The notes under the pieces are model-generated. The model worked only from the letters and a program-made list of their open reading frames with translations, was not told the DNA's origin and searched no databases. Below are positions 1 through 10,737 of a DNA stretch of 64,000 bases, piece by piece; the stretch's first letter is position 1, and each line of letters starts with the position of its first letter. The translations under genes and the position numbers were made by a program. Source of the DNA: an uncultured Nitrososphaeraceae archaeon (lineage in GTDB: Archaea > Thermoproteota > Nitrososphaeria > Nitrososphaerales > Nitrososphaeraceae); NCBI GenBank assembly GCA_963729045.1, contig CAVSMN010000021.1:120888-184887 (forward strand). Reading direction: 5' to 3'.

Positions 1-1
1 G

Positions 2-169
2 GAAATTATGACTAGTGGTTCTCAAAGAAAATATCACAAAAGTATAGAAATACCGACAGAAGCAGATATCGATTCAGCTAAATCTAACTATACTAATGGT
101 ATTTTAGAAATCGTTTTCAATAAAAAAGAAAATGTGAAACCAAAAGGTAAGGAGGTAAAGGTAGAATAA
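2..169 (+). CDS. Hsp20/alpha-crystallin small heat-shock protein, 3' end only (partial)
   Basis: Manual translation EIMTSGSQRKYHKSIEIPTEADIDSAKSNYTNGILEIVFNKKENVKPKGKEVKVE*; aligns with the C-terminus of 22032..22697 (AQRKYHKNIELP...YNNGILEI...GKEIKIE). Confidence 0.9.
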   Translation, partial: EIMTSGSQRKYHKSIEIPTEADIDSAKSNYTNGILEIVFNKKENVKPKGKEVKVE

Positions 170-2351
170 TGTTGCACAATTGCCATTAATTTTTTGTTCA
201 TGCGGTACATGAGTCTTTCAAAATAATAAACTAAAATGGCAGAAGGAGAGCACTTCAAGAAGCTTCAAACCGATGTTGAAGATCTTCTTAAACGTATAAA
301 GCAAGAACATTAAAAAGAGTCATCCTCAAAAATTGTCTCTGTAACAAGCCTAGATGAATGGTCAACTATTATGGAATATTTCTACAGGAAATGGATCCTT
401 GGTAGTTTGAACCGGTTGTTTAAGAATATTCAATGTCTAAAACATAAGCCTTGGATTATAGATTTAGAGAGATCTACTAATTTTTTGTCTCATTTATGTA
501 CAATTTGCATTCTTTTCTGACTTTCCACTGCTATTTTCCAATGTTTGAGTAAAATACTAAAAAATAATTCATAGATTGGGTCGGTGAGCCCTCAATTCAT
601 AAGATAATGGAACTGAGGGTTTTTTGCTTGAAATAATCTCGGTGATTCTTTAGTTTTTTAAATAATATAATGTAATGTCTATGCTGCTGCATATGCATAA
701 TGATATATTCAAAGCTTTCATAACGCCTTTGGAATTAAATCAGTCTATTATAGTTATATAACATCATGTTCAAAAGATTTGAAAGTAAATAACAGTAAAT
801 AATTTAATGACTTTGTGTGATTGATAATTGATAACCATACAAACAGTAAAGTCATTCAAGAGAATGGTCCGATTTCTTAACCTCATACATACAAAACACA
901 CCAGATCAATAATTGTCATTGTATTTCTCTTTAGGTCAAAGATTGATGCTTCCTTCCCTAAACCTTTCTTTACAACTTGATGTTTAGTTTAGTTTCATAT
1001 GATTCTATTGTACCCATTATTCTTTTATATTAATAATGATCATATGTATTGACTATTCTACAATTCATAGTACAGTAACTGTTACCCTATATGAGTAACG
1101 AATACCCGTTAATAAAAAGCTAGCTAGCACTGGTTGAGGCTATTGAGTAAATAGTTACTACAGTTAGATATTCTAACTTGATGATTGTAATTTACATTAA
1201 TAACATTTTCCCACAGTATATGAATACAATGGTGTTTTGACAGGTAATGAGTCGGAATTCTAGGTCACACGCTTCAACATGGCTCCTCCTTCATAGCTAG
1301 TAATAGTGATTATTTTTTCTCAGCTTTCCTCTGAGACTGAAGAGAGTTGTATTTAGTGAATTGATAAGCATCGGCGTTATAGACATCGGCGCCAGAGAAA
1401 TATCGATAATATAGAGACAAGTCTATTCATCAATTTAGGATTTTGTAGAAACCGAACTATTAGTAATTTAATGTAACGTCCAAAATCAATTGAGGTATAT
1501 GTGATAGAAGTAAAATCAATAGCTAGAGTTGATCCATGTTCCATTCAAAGAATAAAAGCCGGAGGTCCTAGCACAGTTGGATGAAGACAATAGTGGACAT
1601 ACAACTTATCAATGGACTCAACCATTTGTACAATCAAATACACCACCTGTTGTCCTGTGTGACCCTGTATAGTTAAGCCTACTTTTACACTATCTAATTT
1701 TTCGCCTTTAAAAATCCTACAATTCAAAATAGAAATGGCAATTAATACTAATTTGATTTTGAGATAAAATATTATTCCTAGGTACAACACTGCTTTCACA
1801 AATAACAACTTGATTAGCTTGATTTCCAATTCTTACTTCATCTAGTGTCGCAAATTACTATTGCATCCATAAAGCAAGGTAGTATAAGTAAAACAAGATA
1901 AAATATTTGATGATTCGAGTTCACAATTAGTGGGTGATGATCTACGGGTCTCTCACCTCATAATCTACAATACTCTTAATGAGCAGCGTCTACCCTCTAG
2001 AGTCTATATAAAAAATCGAATATGAACAATTAGAATCATTACTTATGTTCTGAGATTTTAGGAATACCCACATGATTTTCACCATACTATAGATCTTGAT
2101 GTTCATTATCGCAGTGAACTTGCACACGGATAGGGCCTTCATCTACTAAACAACACGCAAATTTAGCAGAAAAAAGTCCGATTAGGGGTTTGTCTAGTCC
2201 GTAATGTCCATAATTTCAGTTGCACTAATAGCCAAAAAGCTTTGAAAGCCAAGCCAGAGTGAATCAGGAGGGACTATGCACGTGAATTTGCAATACTCAA
2301 TTTTAAAGATGAAATGAAAGATAAAAGCATCGGACTGTCATAGTTAAGTCA

Positions 2352-3356
2352 TTGCAGCATCCTGGAAAAAAAATTAATTTATCCATCTCAGTTCTTGATT
2401 TGGTAATGGTAAATGCTGGCAGTTCTCCGAACCAGTCAATGCAAAATAGTTTGGATTTAGCTCGACATGTGGAACGATGGGGGTATAATCGATATTGGCT
2501 GGCAGAACATCATAACATACCTGGTATAGCAAGTGCAGCTACCTCAGTGCTCATCGGGTTTATTGCAGGAGGTACTTCTACCATTCGAGTTGGCTCAGGC
2601 GGGATAATGCTTCCAAATCACAGTCCTCTTGTCATAGCCGAGCAATTTGGAACCCTGGAGAGTTTGTATCCTGGTAGGATTGATCTAGGTATAGGTCGAG
2701 CCCCAGGAACTGATAGGCTTACTTCTATGGCCTTGAGGCGTGGTATTCTGGATGAATCAGAAGAAGATTTTCCCAACAGTGTAGAGGAATTAATGAACTA
2801 TCTGGCACCCCAAACCATCACGAAGGAAGTAAGGGCTACCCCAGGAGAGGGATTGAATATACCTATCTGGCTTTTGGGTTCTAGTATATTCAGTGCTCAA
2901 CTAGCCGCAGCGCGGGGATTACCATTTGCATTTGCAAGCCATTTTGCTCCTGCCTACTTGGAATCTGCTGTAAATATATACAAAGAACGATTTCAGCCAT
3001 CTAAAACTCTACAAGAGCCTTATGTCATGGCTGCAGTAAATGTATTTGCAGCTGATACTGACGAGGAGGCAAGTCGTTTATTCACATCTGTACAACTAAT
3101 GGCATTGGGAATGATTAGAAGAAACCATGGACTACTACAACCCCCAATAGACAACATCGATGAGATATGGGACCAACTTGAAAAATATGCAGTGGGTGAA
3201 CGGCTCAAATACTCATTTGTTGGAAATCCTTCTAAGGTTAAGAAGGGTTTAGAATCCTTTTTGAACAGAACTCAGGTAGATGAAATCATGGGTGTTTCTC
3301 ATATTTACGACCATACTGCAAGACTTCGCTCTTTTGAGATTTTATCTTCACTCTGA
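2352..3356 (+). CDS. LLM-class (luciferase-like) flavin-dependent oxidoreductase
   Basis: [50 protein letters not shown] motifs. Confidence 0.92.
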   Translation: MQHPGKKINLSISVLDLVMVNAGSSPNQSMQNSLDLARHVERWGYNRYWLAEHHNIPGIASAATSVLIGFIAGGTSTIRVGSGGIMLPNHSPLVIAEQFGTLESLYPGRIDLGIGRAPGTDRLTSMALRRGILDESEEDFPNSVEELMNYLAPQTITKEVRATPGEGLNIPIWLLGSSIFSAQLAAARGLPFAFASHFAPAYLESAVNIYKERFQPSKTLQEPYVMAAVNVFAADTDEEASRLFTSVQLMALGMIRRNHGLLQPPIDNIDEIWDQLEKYAVGERLKYSFVGNPSKVKKGLESFLNRTQVDEIMGVSHIYDHTARLRSFEILSSL

Positions 3357-4076
3357 CAATAACAAAATATAGCAGATCACTATCCCTGAGCTATTACAAA
3401 AATAGTTAACCTGCTCCCTTTCTAAATTTGTCACATATGTCTTGATATTTCGATGATTATTTGATTCTATAAAATTGCCATTATTTGTTTTGTAATACAA
3501 GGCGATTCAAATCGTATGGCCCTAGTAATATTACCTTGTTCTATGTTGCAGTAGCGCCACGACGCCAATAAAACCAGCAACATAATAACCAAAAGTCTGA
3601 TGGTTCAACTCAATGACTTGAGAATTTTGGCATTAAATAGAATGATGTTCAAAATATTCAAAAGGGCCGTTGGTTGTATCAAGCTGGCGTTCAAATTTCG
3701 ATTTAATATTGATGTCTGCAAACACTATGTTGTATTTCCACTCAACGATAGAGATTGCTAAGTGAATCTCCTAACTTTTGACCTATTGAAGGCGCAGAAC
3801 AACTCATTAATAATACAAATTCAGAAACGGTTGATAGTTCCATCTTTGAACAAATGGATATTTGCTTGCTAAAGAATGGATCATACAATGTTAATCGACA
3901 TTCAAGTTATTTATTACCGTTGCCACTAATTACAAAACAAGATATACAAGATATGAGAACTCACCATTCTTTATTGTTGAAGAAATAAAAGAAGTAGTGA
4001 TTACAGAGCTATTGTGATCAGAAAATTCCGCCAGTTGTAGACAATCTTTTAATAATTACTAATTAATCACCAATAC

Positions 4077-5037
4077 ATGGATAAAATTTCTAATTTTGAC
4101 AAACAATATAGAAAACCTGCTTCTCTGATGATTGTTTTTGTAATATGGTCATCGATTTTTTCTATGATTGTTTCAATTAATACTGGAGATTTAGATATTA
4201 GTTTATTCCCAACAGTTTTTGCTCAAAAGAATCAAACAGGAGTCGGAGATGTTCAAAAAGAGTCTTTGGTAAGAGATGAATCGTTGCAAAAACAGGACAC
4301 AATAAACGATGATAATAAACTTCAACCCGGTATAGTTACCAATCCTGGACCCCAGAACTGTGGAATAAATCCAAATGCACCGCCATGCTGTACACCTGGA
4401 GAGGATAAAGGATGTATCGGCGAAGTACCCAGAACTGTGGAATAAATCCAAATGCACCGCCATGCTGTACACCTGGAGAGGATAAAGGATGTATCGGCGA
4501 AGTACCCCAGAACTGTGGAATAAATCCAAATGCACCGCCATGCTGTACACCTGGAGAGGATAAAGGATGTATCGGCGAAGTACCCAGAACTGTGGAATAA
4601 ATCCAAATGCACCGCCATGCTGTACACCTGGAGAGGATAAAGGATGTATCGGTAATGATGATAAGGTAAGTATTATGCAATTAGGAACAAATCCACAAAA
4701 TCTAAAACCAGGAGACGAATTTAAAGTGCTGGCAACGGTAATAAATAACTTGAATGTCCCAATAAAATATACTGGAGCCCAATGTGGGGGTTCACCTTTA
4801 GATATTCAATTTGATAACAATGTAAATATTAACTATGCCATAGCATGTCAGGCAATATCTACAGAAACACTAGATACTCATGAAACAACAACAGTACAAG
4901 GGAAAGGATATGAAGTATTAACAGCAGAAAACCCTGGTAAGGTGAATGCACAAGTCACATTCAATTATGGAGTAGAAGGCGACGACGCTAATCAGAAACA
5001 AGTAGCAGAATCGTTTTCATTCGATATAATAAATTAA
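4077..5037 (+). CDS. Secreted protein with four Cys-rich 26-aa repeats and a C-terminal beta-rich (Ig-like?) domain; two apparent frameshifts
   Basis: Hydrophobic N-terminus ending VFAQ; ORFs 4077..4445, 4412..4600 and 4567..5037 join if one C is restored at about 4430 and about 4585. Confidence 0.75.
4350..4652 (+). repeat. Tandem repeat, 4 copies of a ~78-bp unit (QNCGINPNAPPCCTPGEDKGCIGEVP)
   Basis: cagaactgtgg starts at 4353, 4430, 4508 and 4585 (spacing 77, 78, 77); complete units differ only in CCC vs CCCC. Confidence 0.97.
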
Positions 5038-5273
5038 CAGATAACATCCATCGCAATTCACCTTTCCTCAAAATCTTTATCAAACAACTTTTTTTATCTG
5101 TCTATATGTTACCTTCTGTCATATAATTATTAAGTTCATAGGACACTTTTATGATTTCCACCGACTCAGCGCTATGTTCTATTAAATAGGCTGGTAAGTT
5201 TTTTTATCCTCGTTCATTAACAATTACACATAAGCTTAATAGTTAATCTCTCATCCTATTATCTGACAAAACC

Positions 5274-6968
5274 ATGAATAAGTCAACACAATCGATTACC
5301 TTATTTGTCCTTTTGTTTATCTTATTTTCATTTAGTTGTTCATCGTCTACTATTTTTCTGTCATACGGCGCTTATTTCAAAGCACCTGCATCACCCGATG
5401 GTCCGGTTCTAAATGACCCTAACCTTGTGGTCGAAAAAGTCAACGACAAACCTTTAAACATTCCTACATCCTTAGCGTTCTTTGGACACAATGATATACT
5501 TGTAACTGAAAAAGAGACGGGTAAGGTAATTAGAGTATTGGATGGACAAGTTAAAGAGAATGTTCCTCTTCTAGACGTTGAAGTGGCTACTGCCATGGAG
5601 AGAGGATTGTTGGGATTGGCTCTTTCAAAAAGCATGAACGACACTAAAACGTATGTTTTTCTATATTACACAGAATCAGGTGGTGGTAAAGATGGTGATG
5701 ATTTTAATGCCGGTGTAGAGCCTGTGGGTAACAGATTATACAAATATGAATATCATGACGGAAAATTGATAAATCCTACGCTTCTTTTGGACTTGCCTGC
5801 TACCCCTGTGAACAATAAAGGGGAGCACAATGGGGGCAAGGTGATAATTGGCCCTGATAGCAACATTTACACGGTAATTGGAGATGTGGGTGCTCACAGA
5901 ACACAATCTCAAAATGTTGTTAATGGTCCTGCAGCTGATGGTACAAGCGGCATCATCAGGCTAACTCCTACTGGTGAATTTGCCGGAGACCCTATTTTTG
6001 GAACTGAGGGTCCATTAAGGTACTATTATGCAATGGGTATCCGCAACAGCTTTGGTATGGACTTTGATCCTGTATCAGGTACCTTATGGGCAACAGAAAA
6101 CGGACCAGCAGCGGGAGACGAAATAAATATGGTTGAACCTGGCTTTAACAGTGGATGGGCTCAAATCCAAGGATTTGCTGATAGCGATATTCTTAATCGC
6201 GGTAAATCTGCAGAAGATTTGTTGATTTTAGGAGATGCCAAATACAGTGACCCTGAATTTTCTTGGAACACTACTGTTGGAATAACCGATGCTAAATTTT
6301 TCTCATCTGACAAACTAGGTAAACAGTATGAGAACAACCTATTTGTGGGGGATATTAACAACGGCTATATCTACCGATTCACTCTAAATTCAGAAAGAAA
6401 TGCTATCGAAATAAACAGAAGCTCCTATGAGGGAAATTTGGATATCTTGGCTGATAAACAGGTAAATACTCCGAAAGAGGTTATTCCACTCATATTCGGA
6501 AGTGGTTTTGGAGGTATTACAGATTTAGAAGTGGGACCAGATGGATATCTATATGTTTTGACTTATTTCGGAGAAATCTATAGAATCATTCCAAAGTTAG
6601 ACCTTATTGATTCCGATAATTCTTTACATGCAAATAAATCACAGTCACCACTGACCCAAACCGCACCTTCCGTTTCTAATTCAACCATAGTACAAATAAT
6701 GGGTATTGAGGGTGACAGGTCCTACAATCCTAATCCTGTAGTGGTCCAAGAAGGTCAAACAATTCTATGGGTAAACGGTGATGCAATCTCTCACACAGTA
6801 ACCTCAAATTCTCATAAAAATGGATACGAAAATAACTCTGGAATATTGTTTGACTCTACCGCAATATTGCCGGGACACTTTTATAGTAAGGTGTTTGATC
6901 TATCTGGCACTTATTCGTATTATTGTTTCTACCATCCTACCATGATTGGGCAAGTAATAGTAGAGTAA
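5274..6968 (+). CDS. PQQ-dependent sugar dehydrogenase (GSDH beta-propeller) fused to a C-terminal cupredoxin domain
   Basis: Signal peptide; ERGLLGLA, HNGG, GIRNSFGMDFDP, ENG...DEIN; C-terminal HTVT...YYCFYHPTM type-1 Cu ligands. Confidence 0.9.
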   Translation: MNKSTQSITLFVLLFILFSFSCSSSTIFLSYGAYFKAPASPDGPVLNDPNLVVEKVNDKPLNIPTSLAFFGHNDILVTEKETGKVIRVLDGQVKENVPLLDVEVATAMERGLLGLALSKSMNDTKTYVFLYYTESGGGKDGDDFNAGVEPVGNRLYKYEYHDGKLINPTLLLDLPATPVNNKGEHNGGKVIIGPDSNIYTVIGDVGAHRTQSQNVVNGPAADGTSGIIRLTPTGEFAGDPIFGTEGPLRYYYAMGIRNSFGMDFDPVSGTLWATENGPAAGDEINMVEPGFNSGWAQIQGFADSDILNRGKSAEDLLILGDAKYSDPEFSWNTTVGITDAKFFSSDKLGKQYENNLFVGDINNGYIYRFTLNSERNAIEINRSSYEGNLDILADKQVNTPKEVIPLIFGSGFGGITDLEVGPDGYLYVLTYFGEIYRIIPKLDLIDSDNSLHANKSQSPLTQTAPSVSNSTIVQIMGIEGDRSYNPNPVVVQEGQTILWVNGDAISHTVTSNSHKNGYENNSGILFDSTAILPGHFYSKVFDLSGTYSYYCFYHPTMIGQVIVE

Positions 6969-7636
6969 GTGACTATTTAGTTCTGATGAACTAATAAATA
7001 AATCAGAAAAAATAGTTACCATTGTTATGTCGACTCGTTTTATGTCTTCTTTAATCTCTTGTTTTTTGGGAAAAGTTATCGAATTTCCAATCATATGTCT
7101 GGATTTCTGCCTTCTTCCATTGATTTTAGATCAATATCTAGATATGATTTACCACATCTCTCTTAGAAGGTATTTCATAATTCCAGTCTTGAGCAATTTG
7201 CATATACTATTTGTTACGACATATTTAAGGTATTTATTAATGGGCCATTGATTACGAATTATTATATTGATTAATAACTTGTTTCACCTGATTACAAAAG
7301 GACTCTGTTAAGTGATAACAAGGAAAAAAATCCATGACAGAAGCAAAAATATAAAAAGAAATATTAACAGACGAAAAAATATGGTACAACGGCTAGAGGA
7401 ATGTTATAGTTATTTTAAGATATTCCTTTAGTTATTGGGTATTATTTTATATTTCATCGATACCATCAAACAAAAAATCAAAAATACTTTATTATTCTAT
7501 CAATATCTGTTTGCTCTATCTGATCCACAGTTACTTCCGCTTCCAAAACAATCTTTTATTATAATTATTATATGATTTATTATACTACTTTTAATGATAG
7601 GTTCTATATGGTTTGTTTGTAATCAGTGTTTATTAA

Positions 7637-7864
7637 ATGGTATCTAAGAAAGTTACACCAAAGGATGATAAGAAAGGATTAGCATCTGCTGATAAGGAAA
7701 CACAAAAGAAGGTCGCAAGTAAAGGCGGAAAGGCCAAAGCCAAGGCCACTAGTACAAAGGCCACTAGTACAAAGGCCACTAGTACAAAGGCCACTAGTAC
7801 AAAGGCCACTAGTACAAAGGCCACTAGTCCTAAGAAGACCAGTGGCAGTGCTAAGAAAAAATAA
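7637..7864 (+). CDS. Small Lys-rich KGG-motif stress protein with KATST repeats
   Basis: GLASADKETQKKVASKGGKA resembles the KGG stress-induced motif; basic repetitive tail. Confidence 0.75.
   Translation: MVSKKVTPKDDKKGLASADKETQKKVASKGGKAKAKATSTKATSTKATSTKATSTKATSTKATSPKKTSGSAKKK
7742..7828 (+). repeat. 15-bp tandem repeat aaggccactagtaca (5 full copies + 1 partial)
   Basis: Read directly; encodes KATST. Confidence 0.95.
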
Positions 7865-8023
7865 TATCTAATTCATAATATATTATTTTTAATAAATTTT
7901 ATTTCTTTATTAATCGTGAAACCATATGAAATAATGGCATGTTTAATTAAATAAGATCTGTCTTATGATAAGTCCATTTTGCAAATAAGAGTATTTCGTA
8001 ATTCCATATTATTTTTGGTTAAT

Positions 8024-8338
8024 TTATGAAAACAACTGTTTAAGTGATTCATATCTTTTGATATATTCAATTCCTTTTGGAGATATAACATAGTGAGGAA
8101 CATCTGTGTATTTACTATTCAATAAGAGATTCTTATTAGTAACGGGTTTAATGAACTGATTAGATAATAATGATGATAAAGTATGTTTATTTGTTGAGAT
8201 TCTGTACTTAGTTAGAGGGATAGGCTGGTTTTCTAAATAAAGCAGAGCATCATATACACATTCATAGTGGGTCCTGTACCCGTTTACTTTTACTTTTTGG
8301 CTTCGAATTGCCACTGCCATGCCTGATTCAAACATCAT
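8024..8338 (-). CDS. Putative winged-helix DNA-binding protein
   Basis: C-terminal YVISPKGIEYIKRYESL resembles the wing plus helix of archaeal wHTH proteins. Confidence 0.55.
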   Translation of the reverse strand: MMFESGMAVAIRSQKVKVNGYRTHYECVYDALLYLENQPIPLTKYRISTNKHTLSSLLSNQFIKPVTNKNLLLNSKYTDVPHYVISPKGIEYIKRYESLKQLFS

Positions 8339-8598
8339 AAAATAAATACAAATCTTAATACAACCATCGATTAAAAATACCCTATTTTTATTGCAGTTAG
8401 ATGTAGTAGTAAAATCATTGATAATATAGTCAAGAAAGCTAAAAAGTAATTTTGTCAGCGCAAATTAAGGCTTTCCAAATAAAATCTACCATACTTTCAT
8501 CTTCAGTGTTCTATATAAATAGTAATTTTAAAAAATATGATTATTCTAAGTAGATCTTCCCAAAGTTGACTTTATCAAATACCACCGAAATAATGGCT

Positions 8599-9147
8599 TC
8601 ATAATATTAATACTGCCGCACTAACTACCGTTGTCCATAGACCATCCTTGTTTCCTGCAGCTGACTGGGTGAAATTTTGTGTTTTGTAAATCTTTCCTGA
8701 AAGTTTCCATTGTTCTTCGTTTTGATCCCATGAAAGTGTTGGATCAGTGGGTAATCCGATTGTTGTGGCAAGCATTTCCATGGCCAAATCCTCTGCATAA
8801 TCTCCGGCCTTCGAAGCTGTTTCTCCAGTTGAGTGGTGTTCTGACAAATACCCATATTGAGCATCATCTGCTGGCCTAGCTAATCCAATGGATGCGGCAA
8901 TTAGTCTGTTTGGCTCATTAGTAGCTGATCTCGCCATTACCGTAAAAACAATTTGTCCTGGTTTCAGATATCTTCTGCCTTCTCCTCTATTTACTATCTT
9001 GCACTGTGGTGGTTTGATACTAGATACCGATACCAAATTCAGATCGCTTATCGAAGCATCACGTAAGGCAAGTTCAAAGCTAGTGAGATAATCTTTGTGG
9101 GTGCCTCTACCTTTAGTAAAAAACATAATTTTCGGAATATATGCCAT
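8599..9147 (-). CDS. pdaD: Pyruvoyl-dependent arginine decarboxylase
   Basis: FFTKGRG...SFELALRDASI...NLVSVSSI (Ser-Ser self-cleavage site), GYLSEH, WTTV; start set at MAYIP (ORF extends to 9195). Confidence 0.92.
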   Translation of the reverse strand: MAYIPKIMFFTKGRGTHKDYLTSFELALRDASISDLNLVSVSSIKPPQCKIVNRGEGRRYLKPGQIVFTVMARSATNEPNRLIAASIGLARPADDAQYGYLSEHHSTGETASKAGDYAEDLAMEMLATTIGLPTDPTLSWDQNEEQWKLSGKIYKTQNFTQSAAGNKDGLWTTVVSAAVLIL

Positions 9148-9763
9148 AGGGTCTGACAATGGTATTTTTTTGCAAAGTTCATTCTCTCCAACCATCTCTA
9201 GACAAGTTGTGTAAAGGATAGGATAAAAACATGATTTTTGAATTGATCGATTGATTAACCGTCTCTAAGATGTATAGATTTTTTTGCCTTATAGATACAT
9301 CGACTTACCTATACACATGTAATAAAGATCCAAGAAATTGTTATTTGACAATGTAAATCGGGTTTTAGACTTTAGAATGGACTCTAATTAATGATAAAGT
9401 TAAGAATCCAGGTGGTTGATATTTTTTTGCATTATCATCTTTGAACTTGGTATTATATATGCACAGAATTTTTATGGTAATCTTATCAATGAATCCATGT
9501 ATATAACTAGGAAAGTGTGATCCATTCTATTTTCTCAATTATCATTACTTTTACCGATCACGTTATTCATTGAAAATTCTGAATTGATCACCTTATACAA
9601 TGGAGTCATATTGAGGATTTGTTATTGATGATTTACCAGCCTAATATCGGTACATCTCAATATCGCAGTGAATGGTGATTTTTCTCAATTTACATCAAAC
9701 AGAGTTATGTATCAACGCTTTCCACTAATAAGATTAAAATATATAATAGTGAACTTTGATTTA

Positions 9764-10636
9764 GTGGCAAAAGTCATAGCATTCCATTCGTACAAAGGCG
9801 GAACAGGTAAAACCACTTTAGCAGTAAACCTTTCTGCAAACCTGGCGTCAAAGGGATACCATGTTTTACTTGTTGATATGGATGTCTATGCTCCAAGCTT
9901 ATATGTTTATTTCAATATTCAACCCAAGAAATGGATTAATGATTACTTGAATGATAAAATTACCTTTTGTGATTCCATTTATGATTTCTCTCATGTATTG
10001 AAAGAATTTAATTCAAACACGCAGATTAACGATATAAAAGGCTCCTTTCATGCTGTTTTTTCTAATCCATCAAAGAAAGAAATAACCGATTTAGATTCCG
10101 TTATGAGGAAGGATTCATCAAAGTCTCACATGTTAAAAAAAATGTTATTTTTAAAAGAAACAGGTATTACAGTTACAGACTATGATTATATCATTCTGGA
10201 TACAAGTCCGGGTATTCGATATTGGTCAATTAATTCCTTGGCCATTTCGGATACTATCTTTTTGTCACTAAAGATGGATAATATAGACGTGGAAGGTACT
10301 AAACATATGGCTATGGATGTGTATGGTTCTTTTACAAGTTATGGAACTAGATCTTATTTGTTGTTGAATAGAGTTGCAGGCTATTGCGAGCCTCCAGTAA
10401 CCCTTGATACAGGTAACTCTAAGTATGGTGAAAATATTTCTTCTTTTAGGTCTTTGCTATTAGAACAAAATGAAACAATTAATAATTTGGAAAAGTTAAT
10501 AAAAATGGATGTAGTTTCGATGATCCCTTGTTATTGTGATATGCAATTTGAAAGACAGGAATATTTAACTGTCTTAAAAAATCCAAATCACCCTTTTTCA
10601 AAGAAAGTCGATGAATTATCAAAGAAAATCGAATAG
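9764..10636 (+). CDS. MinD/ParA-family ATPase
   Basis: Deviant Walker A KGGTGKTT, VDMD, ILDTSPG; start set at GTG 9764 (ORF opens at 9668). Confidence 0.9.
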   Translation: MAKVIAFHSYKGGTGKTTLAVNLSANLASKGYHVLLVDMDVYAPSLYVYFNIQPKKWINDYLNDKITFCDSIYDFSHVLKEFNSNTQINDIKGSFHAVFSNPSKKEITDLDSVMRKDSSKSHMLKKMLFLKETGITVTDYDYIILDTSPGIRYWSINSLAISDTIFLSLKMDNIDVEGTKHMAMDVYGSFTSYGTRSYLLLNRVAGYCEPPVTLDTGNSKYGENISSFRSLLLEQNETINNLEKLIKMDVVSMIPCYCDMQFERQEYLTVLKNPNHPFSKKVDELSKKIE

Positions 10637-10737
10637 TTCTCATATCAAATCCGAGCTGTTGAGGATCGCTTAGTCTCAAAGCTCATAGGCCTCCTCAAAG
10701 GAAAAAAAGAAATATCTACCTAACATAGTAATGTTAG

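Noticed and set aside
1545..1829. 94-aa minus-strand ORF and neighbouring fragments
   Set aside because: No recognisable motif; possibly a decayed gene but unsupported
4420..4590. Phase variation through the C3/C4 tract
   Set aside because: Tract is too short for typical slippage switching; sequencing error is the simpler explanation
4350..4652. Possible CRISPR array
   Set aside because: Units are contiguous identical copies with no unique spacers and encode an in-frame peptide; no cas genes in the window
9764..10636. ParA as a marker of a plasmid or integrated element
   Set aside because: No ParB, integrase, rep gene or att-like repeats nearby; context is signalling genes
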